A stretch of 64,000 nucleotides of DNA from Chrysomallon squamiferum (Eukaryota; Animalia; Mollusca), in the NCBI GenBank assembly GCA_012295275.1, contig CM022670.1, positions 34,224,001-34,288,000 on the forward strand, given 5' to 3'. Shown one piece after another: positions 37,851 to 58,751 of this stretch. Numbering within the stretch: the first letter of the stretch is position 1; each line of letters begins with the position of its first letter. The position numbers and the translations under genes are program-made. The notes under the pieces are model-generated. The model was not told the DNA's origin. It worked only from the letters and a program-made list of their open reading frames with translations, and did no database searches.

Positions 37851-40059
37851 TTCTTTATTATTATTATTATAATACATGTTTTTTTTTTTTTTTTTTTTTT
37901 ACGTCTTCTTCTTTCCAAATTTCCGTTGACATATTGAAACCTTTTATTACATTTTCGACAGATGGAACGAAATTTAATAACAAGATCTTAAGTGGTTTTT
38001 TTTACTTTTTTTTTAATTCAATATCCTTCAATTCCTAAAAATACAGGTCAAGTATAGTTCAGAAGTACAGAACAAAAATAGACGCAGTTCAATTTTTTAT
38101 TTAGGATTTTATCAGAACAACGGTTGTTATTTCTTTTTTCCTTTTCGAAGTACAGATAATGGAAGTAAGACATAAAGTAAATCACTATTGTGTAACTTAT
38201 GAAAATGTCTTCTATGTGAATACTATAGTTAGTGTTGTGATCATCTTAATCACAATCGTCGTTTTCATCACCACATTAATGATACTAGTGGTATCATCAT
38301 TAAATATATTTTTGATTTTGCAGTTTTAGGAATGTAACACTAATTCAAAACAGTAAAATCTTTAAAAGAAAATTATTTATTTATTTATTTTTGGTTTTGC
38401 AGAAGATTTCATTTTTGCATCGTTGATCTTCCAACAGTTCATCTGCAGGTTTCATTCCGAAGTTTTCTTATTGGTCCTGGTTTTAAAAACAGAGGCACCG
38501 TTATTGTGTTCATATAGTTAAACTCTCAAGATGAAGTGGATTTCATTATAAATAAATAAAACAACAACACAAAACAAAAATAACGGCTGTATCTGAATAT
38601 AATTTGTCTAAGTGTTGTATTTGATTAAACTAACAACTCACGGTGTTACTAAACTAACACATTCTTTCTATCCTTTTTTTTTTTTTGTTCCTTTCATTAC
38701 TGTTGTTACAAACCATTTACATTTTGCCACCCGAAACCTTTAACTTTATTTCACAAACATGTCGAAATAGCCTACAGACAATAACAGAAAAGAACAATCA
38801 ATGAAAGTCTTTTCTTATATAAATGTCATGGCCGGTGTTAGCAACAAACGCTTCTCGCATTTTATGTACTCTCAGTTTCGCGGGTCGCTGTAGAGTTATT
38901 CGGAAAACGTACGAGTTGGATTAGCAGCCAGTGTCCGAGCGAAGCATGATTGACGGCACCATTACACAAAAGTGCTGAAAGTCCCTGGGAATGGTGGTCA
39001 AGTTAAGCTGCAGTATTTTAAAAGACGTATGTGCAGATATCCAGAACCGACGGGCCGCTGTAAGTCACGAAATAACAGTAATACGATTTACCTACCAAGC
39101 GTTTCTCTTTATTATCTCGATCTTATAACTAGACTGATGACGTTTTATAATTTATTTAATTAATTATTGGTTAGTGGACGTCGATGATTGGATGAATGCG
39201 TTTTCTGGTTGGTCAATTGGTTGGTTGTTTCTTTCATGGCTACTTTTCGCGTGTTTGGTTCTTTGGTTTGTTTTGTTTATTCGTTGGTTTATTCCTTCAT
39301 TACAACAGCAAAAAACATTAATGGTAAAAATATATTATCATTAGTGTCTGTGGAAATAACGGCATGAATTAAAATAAATAAATAAATGCTAATGATGAGG
39401 ATAACAACAATAACAACGACAACAACATAAAAATTTAACAATAAAATCAGAAAATAGCAACAACAATAACAAAACTAATTAAAGAATAAGCGACATTTAA
39501 GGAATGTAGGCCAATGAAAACATTTTTGTCATCCTCAGCACAATTTTGTTCGAGACATCTGCGTAATTTGGAAATCTTTCTCTAACACGGAAGCAACATA
39601 TCAGACGATCACCTGCTACAGATGTTCTCCAGAGAAAAGCTTTCGTATGTTTTAAACAATTTCAACCACTGAAGATAATTTCGATCAGTCATTTCTGTGT
39701 ATTAACACCACTAAAATTCAGTAAATGGATCTCGTAACTTTTTTTTTTTTTTTTTCTCAAATTCCTCAGTGACTTTCGAAATAATGTATTTTTAATGGAA
39801 GATTTTTTTATTTATAGTGTTAACTGAAAATTGACTGGGGTTTACGAATGTTAGATATTAAACAACAAAACCGAAACTTCGTTTTGTGTGTTGTGTTGTA
39901 CAGAGGTTTCATATAACCACGAATAGAAAAAAACACAAATAAATTTCATATAATTATAAAACAACCTGAAGAATCGATATACTGCAAAAGAGGGCCATAG
40001 TAAGATAGTGGGGAGGGTGGCTTGTACCATATACTATAAAGCGGCCATAAACTATATGC

Positions 40060-40185
40060 ATATTACATTTTCGAGATTTAGCATGAACAAATTGATTGAT
40101 GATATTGGAAACGTCTGTTTTATGCAGAAGATCATGTTCAGTGATAATCAGAGTGAATTTCTCAGTCTGCTGACCTAGAATGCCT
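40060..40185 (-). pseudogene. Decayed hAT transposase C-terminal (dimerisation-domain end) fragment
   Basis: LGQQ..LIITEHDLLHKTDVSNIINQFVHAKSRK resembles the hAT/ZMYM1-like tail MxQxRLxxLxLLxIExxLLxxIDxxxIIxxFAxxKxRK. Confidence 0.55.
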
Positions 40186-40881
40186 GGTTCTAGAAAAAGC
40201 GGTGCCCGTAGCATTATGCTGTTTCTGGAACCAGGTTAATCTTGCCTGCTGTAATTTTAGCTGTGAACAGATTAGCATTTTCTTGAACGATAATCATTGT
40301 CTAATAAAATATTTCATATCTGGCTTTGAACCTCTTCTCTATATCTACAGCCATTTCAAAAGTTTATTTATTCTTATCATAGACTCCGAGTTAAGTAGCA
40401 CAACTGTAAATTTATCGATAAACTGGAAAGGAAATTCGTTGAGATTGAGTCATTAAACAGTTGAACTTGTACTCTTTAATTCGATTATCTGAGAAAAAGA
40501 CTTGAGTTACAGAGCGATCAGCTGCCTCATAAAGTATTGTTATTCCTTCCTGCTCTACTCAGTCTCTGTATGGTTTGCACATATAAGACAGCTTTTCCTT
40601 GTTTCCTTGTATAGTCTGTGGAACTGTGGGTTTATTGGTGAAGTCTTTGGCACCACGTTTTGAATGCTGAAATTTTAAGAGTGTTGATATATTTATAATC
40701 ATTAATTTAGTAATTCAGTGAAGTTAAAGTTGAATGCAGAGCACATGTATATTCAAGAAAAAGTGAAAGGAATAATCTTCCGTTACATTCTGTATGCAGT
40801 TTTTAAAATAGACTAGAAATCTAAGACTGAATAAGTTTAATAAAATATATACAGTACACAGTGTTTCACTAATTTCGCTTT

Positions 40882-40981
<100 letters not shown>

Positions 40982-43900
40982 TACACGGTGTCTCTCTCTA
41001 TTTTATCTATCTTGTTCACTCTTTAGATAAGATCAGTCTAATATCGTTGCATCTATCTTTCATCCTGTCTTTATCACCCGATCTTTCTTTCTGTTTTTCT
41101 TTCTTTCTTATTATTAATATTAAAATAAAATTAATCAAATAACACAAAGAAGGGAGTAATTTTATTGTTTATTCCAGAGAAAATAACAATACAATAATAA
41201 TGTTACCGAACAAACAAGGGTTAAACAAACAAACATGAGGTAGACATCAACACATAATGATATAAACTACTATTAAATACATGACTTAAATGCGACTTTT
41301 TGTCAAACTTAAATCATTATAGAGAGTTTTACTAATACCATAACGTACTTCTTAAAAATAAGAAACTGAAGTGTACCATGCAGATTTGTTAAACAATAAA
41401 ATATGAATTACCACCCATAGGACAATAATTTACCTTTAAAAACTGTCATTTGACTCTGTAATAATATATTACTGAATTAAAACTAAGCGATTCTGATTTT
41501 ATTGAATATCTGGTTTTGAAACCAGACAAATTAATTTTGTAATCAAATTTCTGAATTTGAAATTTTATGCAATTAATAACTATACCCATTAATGCACGAA
41601 AGAGTTGAAAATTTTCTGAAAATGAGATATTTGTTAGACGTAATTTCCCTTGATATTCATCTTTAGTTGTTTGCCGTGAAATTGTCATGATAGCGATATA
41701 ATATTTCTTTTATAATTAACTAATAAAATTAATTTACTGGACTTAGTTAGTTCTTCACGCGTATTTCCAACAAGCTCAATTTACTTTGCTAAATCCAGTT
41801 AAAGCCTGTACGTCCTCACGATTCGGCAAATTGATAACTATTCGCGAGTAATTCACGAAGATGAAACAAAATGGCGTCACTATCATTTCTGTGGAAAATT
41901 TAGTCAGTGCACGAGTGACTTTTCTTTTTTTTTCCACTTAGAAAATAACAAATTTGCTCAATAAGTCATCAAATACATCAGAAAGCATTTGATATATATA
42001 TATTTCTTTTCTTCCTTTATATTCTACATGTAATCTGATGAAAAATAAGATAATGTCATTTTTGTACGCAGACGCTAAATTGCCTTTTCTAAACGCTGAA
42101 ATAAAATACATGAGTGTTCGAGGAATTTTTTCTTATAAATATAAACTGTCACTTCTGTATATTTTTGATAGTATCAGAAAAAGCAAAGAGCCAGTTTATA
42201 ATACAGCTTATAATTTCAACTAATATCCGATACATAAGAGGTCTTATTTCATAGAAAAAAAAAATAAAGAGAATGGTTTCTGATATTAGTAAGAGCAGAT
42301 GACAAGAGATAGCACTGATGCGATATCATAAACTAATAGCACTGAAACGGTATCTCATAATTTGAAAGCAATGAGTCGATGTCAGAATCTGACAGCATTG
42401 AGTTATGGCCGTGTGTGCCAATAAACAGTAAATTTAGATCGCATTAAGTAGTCAAGAATTCGGTTCATGAATTGTAAAATGTAATGATCTAAATGGTAAC
42501 CTAAGCACCATTCTAAACAGTTTCATGTCTGCTATTCAAAACAATATTCTAAACGGACTGAGCAAAGCCACAGCAATACATCACGATGTTTCTGAACATG
42601 AAACCGCCATGCGACACAGCGTTAATATGCTTTGAACGGCACGGAGCTTTGATTTCTGTAGAGGATAGATATCTGAGATATACAGATACGAAAACATTTT
42701 GCTCGTCCATAATGATAATGTTACAGATATCAGGAATTTTACTGACAGCAGATATTAATACATAACAATAATAATAATTTTTTATCTATAATCCAGTATT
42801 ATTATAATATTTTAATAAAACAAAACGGAGAATATAAGTTATTAGCGATGAAGCTGATTAAATATACAATATTCACATATTCTTTTAAAAAATAAATTTA
42901 TTAGTTACAAATAAAATAACCTTTAAAACAGAATTATTCTCTCACAATGAAAATAAATACAACTTATTATATATATATATATATATATTAACAGTAATAA
43001 TTCTATGTTGTTCAGCTTACTTTTATACAGATATGGCAATATATACAAACACAAAAATAATCTCAGAATATACAAGCGATATTAAATACATCAGTATTAA
43101 TTTACTTTTCTCTCGATGCCGTAATCTCTTTCTTTTCTTTTCTTTTCTTTTTTCAGTTCTTACCCACTTTCCCACTTTTTCGTTTCATTTCTTCCATTCG
43201 TCACTTTTTGTATGTATTTTAGATTTGAGTATTCTCTGTCTTGTGCCTGATTAGTCTCTACACATAGATAACATTCGGGAACGCAATGGCGTAGAAAGAC
43301 AAAGTCCAATCACGATCTCATAAACCTATCAGCTGACGAGACTCGAATGTATGGCAACCATTCACTCGTACTACAGTATTTGTATGTGTGTATCTGTGTG
43401 TATCTTTTTATCTATCTTTATATATCATAAATGTGTGTATATATATGTTTGTATGTATGTGTATATGTATGTATATGTATAAATGTATGTATGAATGTAT
43501 ATATGTATGTACAGGTGTGTTTAAGTATGTATGTTTGCATGTACTTTTGCATGTACGTATGTATCTGTACGTACGAATTACGTTTGTACGTGTATGCACG
43601 TACGTATGTATATCTATAGTTTCTCTCTTTATTTCTTTCACATTTGCGTCTTTTCCATAACATTATTTATTTGTTATTCGTTATTATTTCAATAAATATA
43701 ATTCTTGAAGTTCTTACTGGCCTTTGTTTTTGATTTGTTCACAAAAGGAGACACAAATATATAATTAGTCTTACTGTCCGTCTTCAATTTTGTTGACTAT
43801 TAAGTTAGCCAAGCCAACATTTGCCTCTGTTGTCAATAAACAAGATATAACTTCATTTCTCAGACGTCTATATCGATGTTTTGCTTAATGATAATGGTTT

Positions 43901-45358
43901 CGCACTTTCGCTGTTTAAATCACCGTTTTGCAACGAACATTTCCTAAAACAAAGGTTTACAAACCTCCCGGCTTAAAACGAACTTTAAAAACTAGTAGTA
44001 GTAGTAGTAGTAGTAGTAGCAGCAGTAGCAGCAGCAGTAATTTTTTTTTTTTTTTTTCTGTAATGCATCAAACTAATAGCCTATTTCAAAACTTTTAGGA
44101 AATTTGAAATTATTCGATCTTAACATCGAATCACATATTACAAGGTACTATAAAATATCCAATTTATTTACGGTACAATACATACAAAATATTTTAACTG
44201 TATATTTCAAAAGATATCGAATTGACAGCACAGGAAAATGAGTTAAGCAATTAGGTGATATGTTCTTTTCTTTTCTTTATTTTAAATAATAATAATTATA
44301 AAACGATCATTTTCTTTTATTATTATTATTATTCCGTTCTTCCCTTATAGAGTAAGTGGACAATCGAAGTAAATGTATTGAAAAAAAATTAAGTAAAAAG
44401 TCAGATACACATTTTAGATCAGTAACAGAAAACAACACAGAATAAAATCTGGTTTACGCAACGTGTGGCATGCAGTAACATTTGAAACTGTTATAAATCT
44501 GCAGTTGTCTCTCAAAGCACGCACGCTGTTAGGTCCCTGTTGTAACATATTGCCAGTCATGTTCCATTTGTCTTTAGCTATTTCACAACGAGACAGGATT
44601 TGTTGCCACACAAATTTCTTTTTTCACAGTGCACTGTTATCGATGGCTTCCAGGCCAACAGTAAGGGAAGGGATGATGGATCGAGCACGCACTCTCCCCT
44701 CCCCACCAGAGCCTTGCGAGATCAGTTTAAAAAGGAATTAACAGTAACAGTGAGAACATAATAACCACTTTATTACTGTTTCAGTGCTCTGAAAGGTCTT
44801 GTGTCGATGGTTACGCAATTATGTCTCTAAAAAAAAAAAAAAAAAAAAAAACCTAATAAAAAAAGAAATTTTTTTTTTTTTTTTTATTAAATCCGCTTAC
44901 TGGCTTTGTCTCGCAATTTGTTTCAAACATTTTCCCTTATTTATTTATTTTTATTTTTATTTTTATTTTATTTTATTTTTTTTTTTTTTTTTACTGTTCT
45001 TCTCCTTTGCGAGTTCGAGGAGTTAATTATTTCTGACAGTGTATGATGTTGTTCATTCTTTGTGACAATGGGAAAGGACATTTTACTCTACTATAATAAT
45101 AGTCTGACGTAAAATCAATATAGTCTGTAATACTGTTTTATATTTTGATGTCAGTTTTAAATTTGATGATACATATATTTTACACGAGATGATATACATA
45201 AATAGAAATCATAAATTAGCATGCACCATTCATCTATCCATATGTATACACAACTGCATTCACATACATTTGACGAACACAAATACATGTACCAATATTG
45301 TAAACTATTCGCACTTTTTCATCCGTTCTGCACTAATATTCAGGTTGTCTCTTTTCAG

Positions 45359-45390
<32 letters not shown>

Positions 45391-45782
45391 TGTCCGTTTA
45401 ACAAGTAATTTTTGTCCTTAGCAGTAGTTAGAACGATCTCTTTTGCAGAATTATCTGCTATCAGAGACATAAGACTAATAGTAACTGTTACCCTCCGTTG
45501 ATACTGATTAAAACTTGGCCCTCGATAAATCGCAGCTGTCTTTTTTTTTTTTTTTTTTTCTTTCTTTCCTTTTTTCTGCGTTTAATCATAGATGTACAAA
45601 AACCTTCTTTTATCGTCCCTTTCTTCGTTTTCTTCTTGCTCAGAGTTGCTTTTACTCTAGATTGTTATATAAACTTCTTATTCAGAGAAAATGCCTACGC
45701 AACTTCTGATTGGAAACTTCCTGTTTTACACCAAAGCGACCTTGACGTGATAAACACGACGAGTACTAAAAACCACACACTG

Positions 45783-51666
<5,884 letters not shown>

Positions 51667-51996
51667 CTAAAACAAAAGTCATATTAATTCTTTGTTATTA
51701 TTCTGTTTTAGTATTAACATTGTTTTCGATATAATATATAAAGATTACTATCTTTGTAATTTGTATACAACATTGGACTGAATACTTTTAATGGATTCAA
51801 CACTGAACTTTGGTTTCAGTGCGCCTGTTAGATTAGTTTTCGTTCCAAGTTCATTAAAGATCTTTTATCGTCCATTACATATATTACCACTGTCACCAAA
51901 AATATCTGCATCAGTTGTTACCTTATTTTATTTTATTATTCGAAGTTAATGTATTTATTAGAGTGAAAGATCTAATGATTATGGTCTTTTTAAATG

Positions 51997-52038
<42 letters not shown>

Positions 52039-52081
52039 CAGATACATATACATATATATATACATAAACACAGAGATACGA

Positions 52082-52138
<57 letters not shown>

Positions 52139-52889
52139 TTCATTAGCTGCTGTGCTACTTATGACATTAAACTATTTAAAATTTACATATTTTATTTCCA
52201 AGTTTAAAAATTGACATTCACGGAACATTACTAAGAAACGATATGAAATTAATTTGCAATCCTACAGTCGGCTCTGCATACATAAAAACTCTTCCATAAA
52301 AATTATCTGTCAATGATAAAAGCCTAATTTCTGTTCCCACACAGCTGGATTAAAAAATAAATATACAAATGAACCAAACAAGAAAGGCTGTTATTGACCC
52401 ACCAGACATTAATGAACAGCAGGCGTCAAAGCCATCTGTGAAACAATGGCTGATTATTAGGAGAATCTGATTTAGATTTTCAGCTGGAAACAAACCATCA
52501 AAGTGAAATTAACTCACTTTTAGGTTAATTCATGAAAGGTTTCTTTTTATCCTTTACATGTGTATATGTATGTATGGATGGATGGATGGATGGATGGATG
52601 AATGTGTGTATATATATATATATATATATTCTTTTGATTATTTATTTTTTATTACCATTACTACTACTAGTACTACTATTACTACTACTATTATTATTAC
52701 TATTACCGATGCTGCTGCTGCTGCTACGACCACTACTACTACTCCTACTTCTACTACTACTATTATTATTACTTTATTATTATTATTATTTTATTTTTAT
52801 TAATTCGTTTGTATTTACTAATACGTGAAAAAATACTACTACTATTTTTATTTTATCTGGGTTTTTTTTTTATTAGCATTTATCAAAGG

Positions 52890-52950
<61 letters not shown>

Positions 52951-53725
52951 CTTTATTATTATCATTATTTTCCTGTTTTGCTTACTAAGTGATTTAGATT
53001 GAAGTCAACTGAAGATCAATAAATAAAACATATGTGTTTTCCTACACGATAAAAGTATTCAATTTCAGGATTAACATTTAAAATCACTGAAGGAAAAGTA
53101 TCGGTTTTCTCCGAATTAAAATAAACGATTTCGGAAACTCTCTGTTTTAATAGATTTGTTTTCGCTTTTCTTCTTGTTCTTTACCCATTACTACTACAAC
53201 ATCTATTACCATAACGCTGTTACTGCTATTATTACTTCTACAACTTCTGCTACCACTACTACTACTTCTACCATAACTTACATTTCTATTTCTGTTACTA
53301 CTAGTATTGTTATTATCACTAGCTATAAGCAATGAATATTAAACATCTTTTTCTTTACTATCAGAGCGCTTCTTTTATTATTGACTAGCCAAATATAGAC
53401 TAGCTAAAAAGGAAAGTACGAAGCTACTGGTTATTGTTATATCTTATGTCAAATATCTTTCATATGAATTCGTGTCGATGAACGTAGTTTTTTTTTCAGT
53501 ATAATACTCAGAAGGTGGGTTTGTAACAGTAACCTGCATTGTGATGTAACCTAAAAACAAATAAAAGAAAATTCGTTTCTCCAAAGATACAAATACATAC
53601 ATACAAACATGCATACATACACATACAGGCATACACATACACACACACTGATAGATAGACGGATAGACAAACAATAAAAATAGAGAGACATATAGACACA
53701 AAAGTACAGAGAAAGAGAAAAACAA

Positions 53726-53833
<108 letters not shown>

Positions 53834-54698
53834 CATTTCATATTTAAAGCAGAAAAATAAAGAAAGAAAACGAACAAAACATATTCAGTTATTGTGGAAC
53901 CGCGGAAGTTAAAACGTACACTATAACACTTTTTTGTCTGACTAAAGAATTTACCTATCAGATGTTTTTTAAATCTGTTTTGTAAACTTTTAGAAAGATA
54001 TATAAAGATGTCTTTGTTTATTTTTAATTTCAGGTATATCCAAGTTTTGAAGAGATTTTCAAATGGTAGTTAGGAATAAAAAGAAGTTATTGTTGACAAT
54101 CAGTATTATGTCAAGATTAAAATGTTCTTACAAAGTAATGTGTATTTGCTTGAAAAATTGAACAAGTGAAAGGTTCCTATTCAGTATGGTTTATAGGTGT
54201 TTTGGATTTTTTTTTCCTGTGTTTGTTTTTTAGGGGAATATTTTGGATTTTTTTGTTGTTGTCGTTGTTGTTTTAATTTTTTTGTGTGTGGATTATATTA
54301 TAATAACAGTTAAAATAAAAATAAAGTTTCTTCTGCTCTAGAGCTTTTGATTCTGATTGATAAAAAATAAATTATAGGCTGGTGAAAAAAAAGAAAAAAG
54401 AATAAGAATGTTTGGAATGGGAGAAACATTACGAGGTTTGGTTTTATGTCTTTGTGATGATTAAAAACACAACAGTTTAAAAACATCACGTATGAAAGAA
54501 GAGTGACAAAACAGGAAATGATTTTTTAATTTTTAATTTTTTTTTTGGAATCTTTATATATATAAAAAAAAATTCGATTCTTTTTTTGTTGTCGTTGTTG
54601 TTCTTCATATCGCTTCATAAATACAGATATTACCGAAAGATTAAAAAAAATAATAATAATAATTGAAAGAAGCACCGCAAAACACGAACATACGTTTA

Positions 54699-54890
54699 AT
54701 TTAGCGTAACTTTTCAGAATTACTTTTAATTTGACGTGACTTTTTAGTACAAAAAAATCAGTTTGTCGCATCTTTTCAAAATTATTTTCAGTTTAGCAAA
54801 AGTTTTCGGAATTACTTCCAGTTTGGCGTAACTTTTCAGAATTACTTTTCGTTTAGCAAAAGTTTTCAGAATGACTTTTAGTTTGGCGAA
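54699..54890. repeat. 30-bp tandem repeat with alternating variants (60-bp higher order)
   Basis: GTTTAGCAAAAGTTTTCRGAATKACTT alternates with GTTTGGCGTAACTTTTCAGAATTACTT. Confidence 0.8.
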
Positions 54891-56716
54891 TTTTTTTTTT
54901 TTCTTTTTTTTTCATACTCATATCTGCACATTTTCTTGTAGTGCATCCTGTTTTAATAGAAAACGGCTTCTATTTTATCAGTAGATGAAAGAAACCGTCT
55001 TCGTAACATCAGAAACATAATCAGCGCATTAACATTTGAGCTCCAGCTTTTCAAAAGGTTATCAGAATATGTGGATGTCCTCCGCGAAAAAAACAGACTC
55101 TAAGATTTGGTGTTTGTGTTTGAGAAATCGTTTCTCCAGACACTGAAGCTGTGAATTATATAGTCTCATCGTGCAGTTTTATTAAGCATTTCTTACAGTT
55201 AGTTTACTGATGTTTAACAGATCTGCAAGTTTTTTTGTTGTTGTTTTTTTCAAAAGAAAAACAGCACAAGAAGAGAAATAAAAGAAAAATAATCAACGTA
55301 TACGGGGTTTTCTTTGAGCGTGTTAATGCAGTCTTATTTGTAATGATTTACCTTAAGAGCATAAAACAATAACGATAATCTACACCAATCTAGTTCTTGT
55401 CAGATTAATAGGTGCTTTAATTTAACTATTGTATAACAGGTAGGAAAATAATCATAGAAAACTCATCATCCAACAAATCACATAATTGATCTAAATCAGT
55501 CTTTGATCTCGTTGTATGAAAATTTTAAAATCTTGATATATTCAGGATTACGCTGTTAATTTTGTTTATATCTAATGCGTAAACCACAAACACTAATCTA
55601 TTAAATATTCTGTGTAAAAAAAAAATAATAATAAAAAAAAAAAAATTTAAAAGTTGAATAATTTTAATATAGTATCATTATAATATTTTACACAGTTTTT
55701 ATGAGATATTGACTATTTGTTTATACAAGAGCATTATAACATACACACACATATATATATATATTTGTAACGACTAATATTAATTTAATTTTTATTTGGA
55801 ATATATTTAAAGACATAGACTAATATATTACAAATTTCACAGAAAAGGATCATCAAATTTTTTTTTTAACTTTTATTTCATGATAATACAACTTAAACCC
55901 GAACTACCAGGCTTCAGAAGTTGCTTAAAAGCTTCCATCAAATGAACACAGTTACTTATTACGACAACCGCTTTAGGTCTTACAGAGAAATTGGAAATTT
56001 TATATAACGTGTATTATTAACTCTAGCTGGACGTAGAACTGCTAGCAGTTCTCTCAGACAAAGTGACTACATTCAGTAGGGCAATGTAGGCTAACGCATT
56101 CTGTTTAACGCTGTATTTAACTGGTTTTGTGTTGCATTAGGAAACGGTCCGATGCATATGTCTTGATTCCCAGGCAATATTCTGGCCTATTTCATTAGTG
56201 TTCTCCTTTATGAAGAAGCCATAAAATCATGATTGAAAGCTGCAGATCAATGGCATTTGAACTTCATAAATAAGTGAAAAGTGACCCGATGTACTAAGCT
56301 GTGAGGTCGGAGAACCAGGAATCTTTGACAGTAACTGGACCAGGATCATGACATGTCGTAGTTGTACACTGTCTTTGATTGTAAAATATTGACAAAATCT
56401 TTTATAAGCCTTCGAAATGTATTAATGCCGATACGTATCACCAGACAAAACCTGTTGACCATGAAAATATTTGACTAAGAAACCTCTATCTGTAGACTAT
56501 TTGTTTTCAAAACAAATGCCACAAGACTCGTTCATCAAAGACATAAGTATATGTTTTACTGATTATGGAAACTCGACGGGTATAATTTAACGAGTTTATT
56601 TTAGAGCAAAATTAGAATCGATCTGCTTTTTCCTTGAAAAGGTACCATTATCTGTCGAAACGGACAATCATTAATTTTGGTCAACCACTGGTCACATATT
56701 TGGTGAATCTTTTTGC

Positions 56717-56775
<59 letters not shown>

Positions 56776-58026
56776 TAATAATAATAACAATAACAATAAC
56801 AATAATAATAATTTGAAAGAAGAATACAACGTTTATTTAATATAATATGGTCCGTTTCATCAGATAACTCTCCTTGTCGTAGAAATAACACGTTTGATTC
56901 ACGTATGTCTTTACAAGAACTCTGCGCTTCCTGGAAAGCTGGATCTGTGTTATCTGTGTAAAAACTACCAGTGTAGCAGCTATTTTTGAATAAGCCACAT
57001 AAACTATCGTAGCAAGCAGTTTGTTGACGTGATTAAGTCAGACTATCTTTTCAAGACAGAATCAGAATATGTACGCCCAGCCAGTACGCTTCAATTTTCT
57101 TTTCATTGACTTGTGACAGTGTCTTTAATATGATGCAAACAGGATATAAATCAGTCAGTCAGAATATTATTATATTTGGGTGTCTGCGTGTAAATATCAT
57201 CGTCGACGTTATCATCACCATCATTATCATCATACTACTACGAGCAGTAGTGTACTATATTAAAATATTTATTGTCGTCATCGCCATATCGTCATCATCA
57301 TTATTATCATCATCATCATCATCATCATCATCGTCATCAAAACCATGCGACTAAAGATAAACATTATTTGTATTGATTACAGATAGTAAGTGTGTAAGCG
57401 GTAGTATCTACTTAATCAATGGACAGGTTTCCATCAGTTTTCGTTTTCCCGTACATACGACGCGACGGTATTAAACCTGTTACGTTCCTACTTGGTGGTG
57501 TCTGGGAACCTCTCGCGTGGTTTTGATTTAATAATTGACCCACGCAGCTTGATAATACACAGTTCACTACATAATTCCGCACTGCGGGGATGCACGGCTG
57601 AGATTACATTAGGCTATCGGTAATGTGCGAGTATTCTGTTATAATTAATTTTAAAGGAACCATTAATGTAATTTTTACGATCGTTTTAAGACCGTTTAAA
57701 TGCTTTATGACTTTATTAGTTGCGAATATTTAGCTAATTATACAGTCTTAAAGGTGGTTTTGTTAAAAAAAAGAAAAAAAAAAAGAAGTAATATAGACTG
57801 TCAGGAAAATTAAATTATGACTTATTATTCCCAAAACGAGCGTGCGTGTATAAAGAGACTGGCTGTTCGATGTAAAAAGTTCATTAATATTTCTATCTGT
57901 TAGTGGTGTTGTTTTTTACTTTAGTGTATTTGAATGACGATCTCTCGATTTTGTAGTATATTCGTATACTTAACTACCTGGGATTCATTCTAAAAAATCA
58001 ATTTCTCAAAATATATTTGTCGAGAA

Positions 58027-58070
<44 letters not shown>

Positions 58071-58630
58071 TTGTGTTTGTATATGTGTTCTCTGTCTGTG
58101 TCTGTGTGTTGGTGTGTGTAGTTTGAGATTTAAATGACAAATTAGTTTTACATTTAAAGCAATTCAAAGGATTCGCTATTTCTTGTTACAGAGCTACTTT
58201 TTTTCACGACGACATTAATCAAAAGCTTTTACGACTGAGTCGACTGCTGACAATCCATTTCACCAAACAAGACAGTGAAGTAATTCAGACTGCACCGGCT
58301 GATGCACCTAACTAATGTTTCACGAAGTAACAATTAGCCAACTGTAAAATTTTCAAAGGTTTTAAAAATATTTTTGATTGCGATCAATTTCGAACTTGAT
58401 TGGGTGTTTCACTTATATAAAAAATATTCATTAACTCGGCAAAAAAGAACTGCACCGAAAGAGTAACATGTAAATCACAGTAGAGAGAAGAAATGCACAG
58501 ACGTAATGAAGTGTTCAAAAGTTTGACAAGAATTTGTGCTTATCTGTGCTTGTTAGACCGTGGGTCTCTGGGTGTGTTTTCTACATGAATGCATTCCTCT
58601 TTGCTTTCGGATACTGGTGGTGAGAAATTC

Positions 58631-58751
<121 letters not shown>

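Noticed and set aside
42502-42522. miR-29/285-like sequence AAGCACCATTCTAAACAGT
   Set aside because: Only the seed region matches and no ~60-nt precursor hairpin is visible.
44414-44741. Relatively GC-rich ORFs downstream of the GPCR stop
   Set aside because: No recognisable domain or splice context; probably 3' UTR or intergenic sequence.
53534-53550. Possible 17-nt microexon (AG|GTTACATCACAATGCAG|GTT) in the GPCR intron
   Set aside because: Not a multiple of 3, weak donor, and it would interrupt the conserved DRY-position motif.
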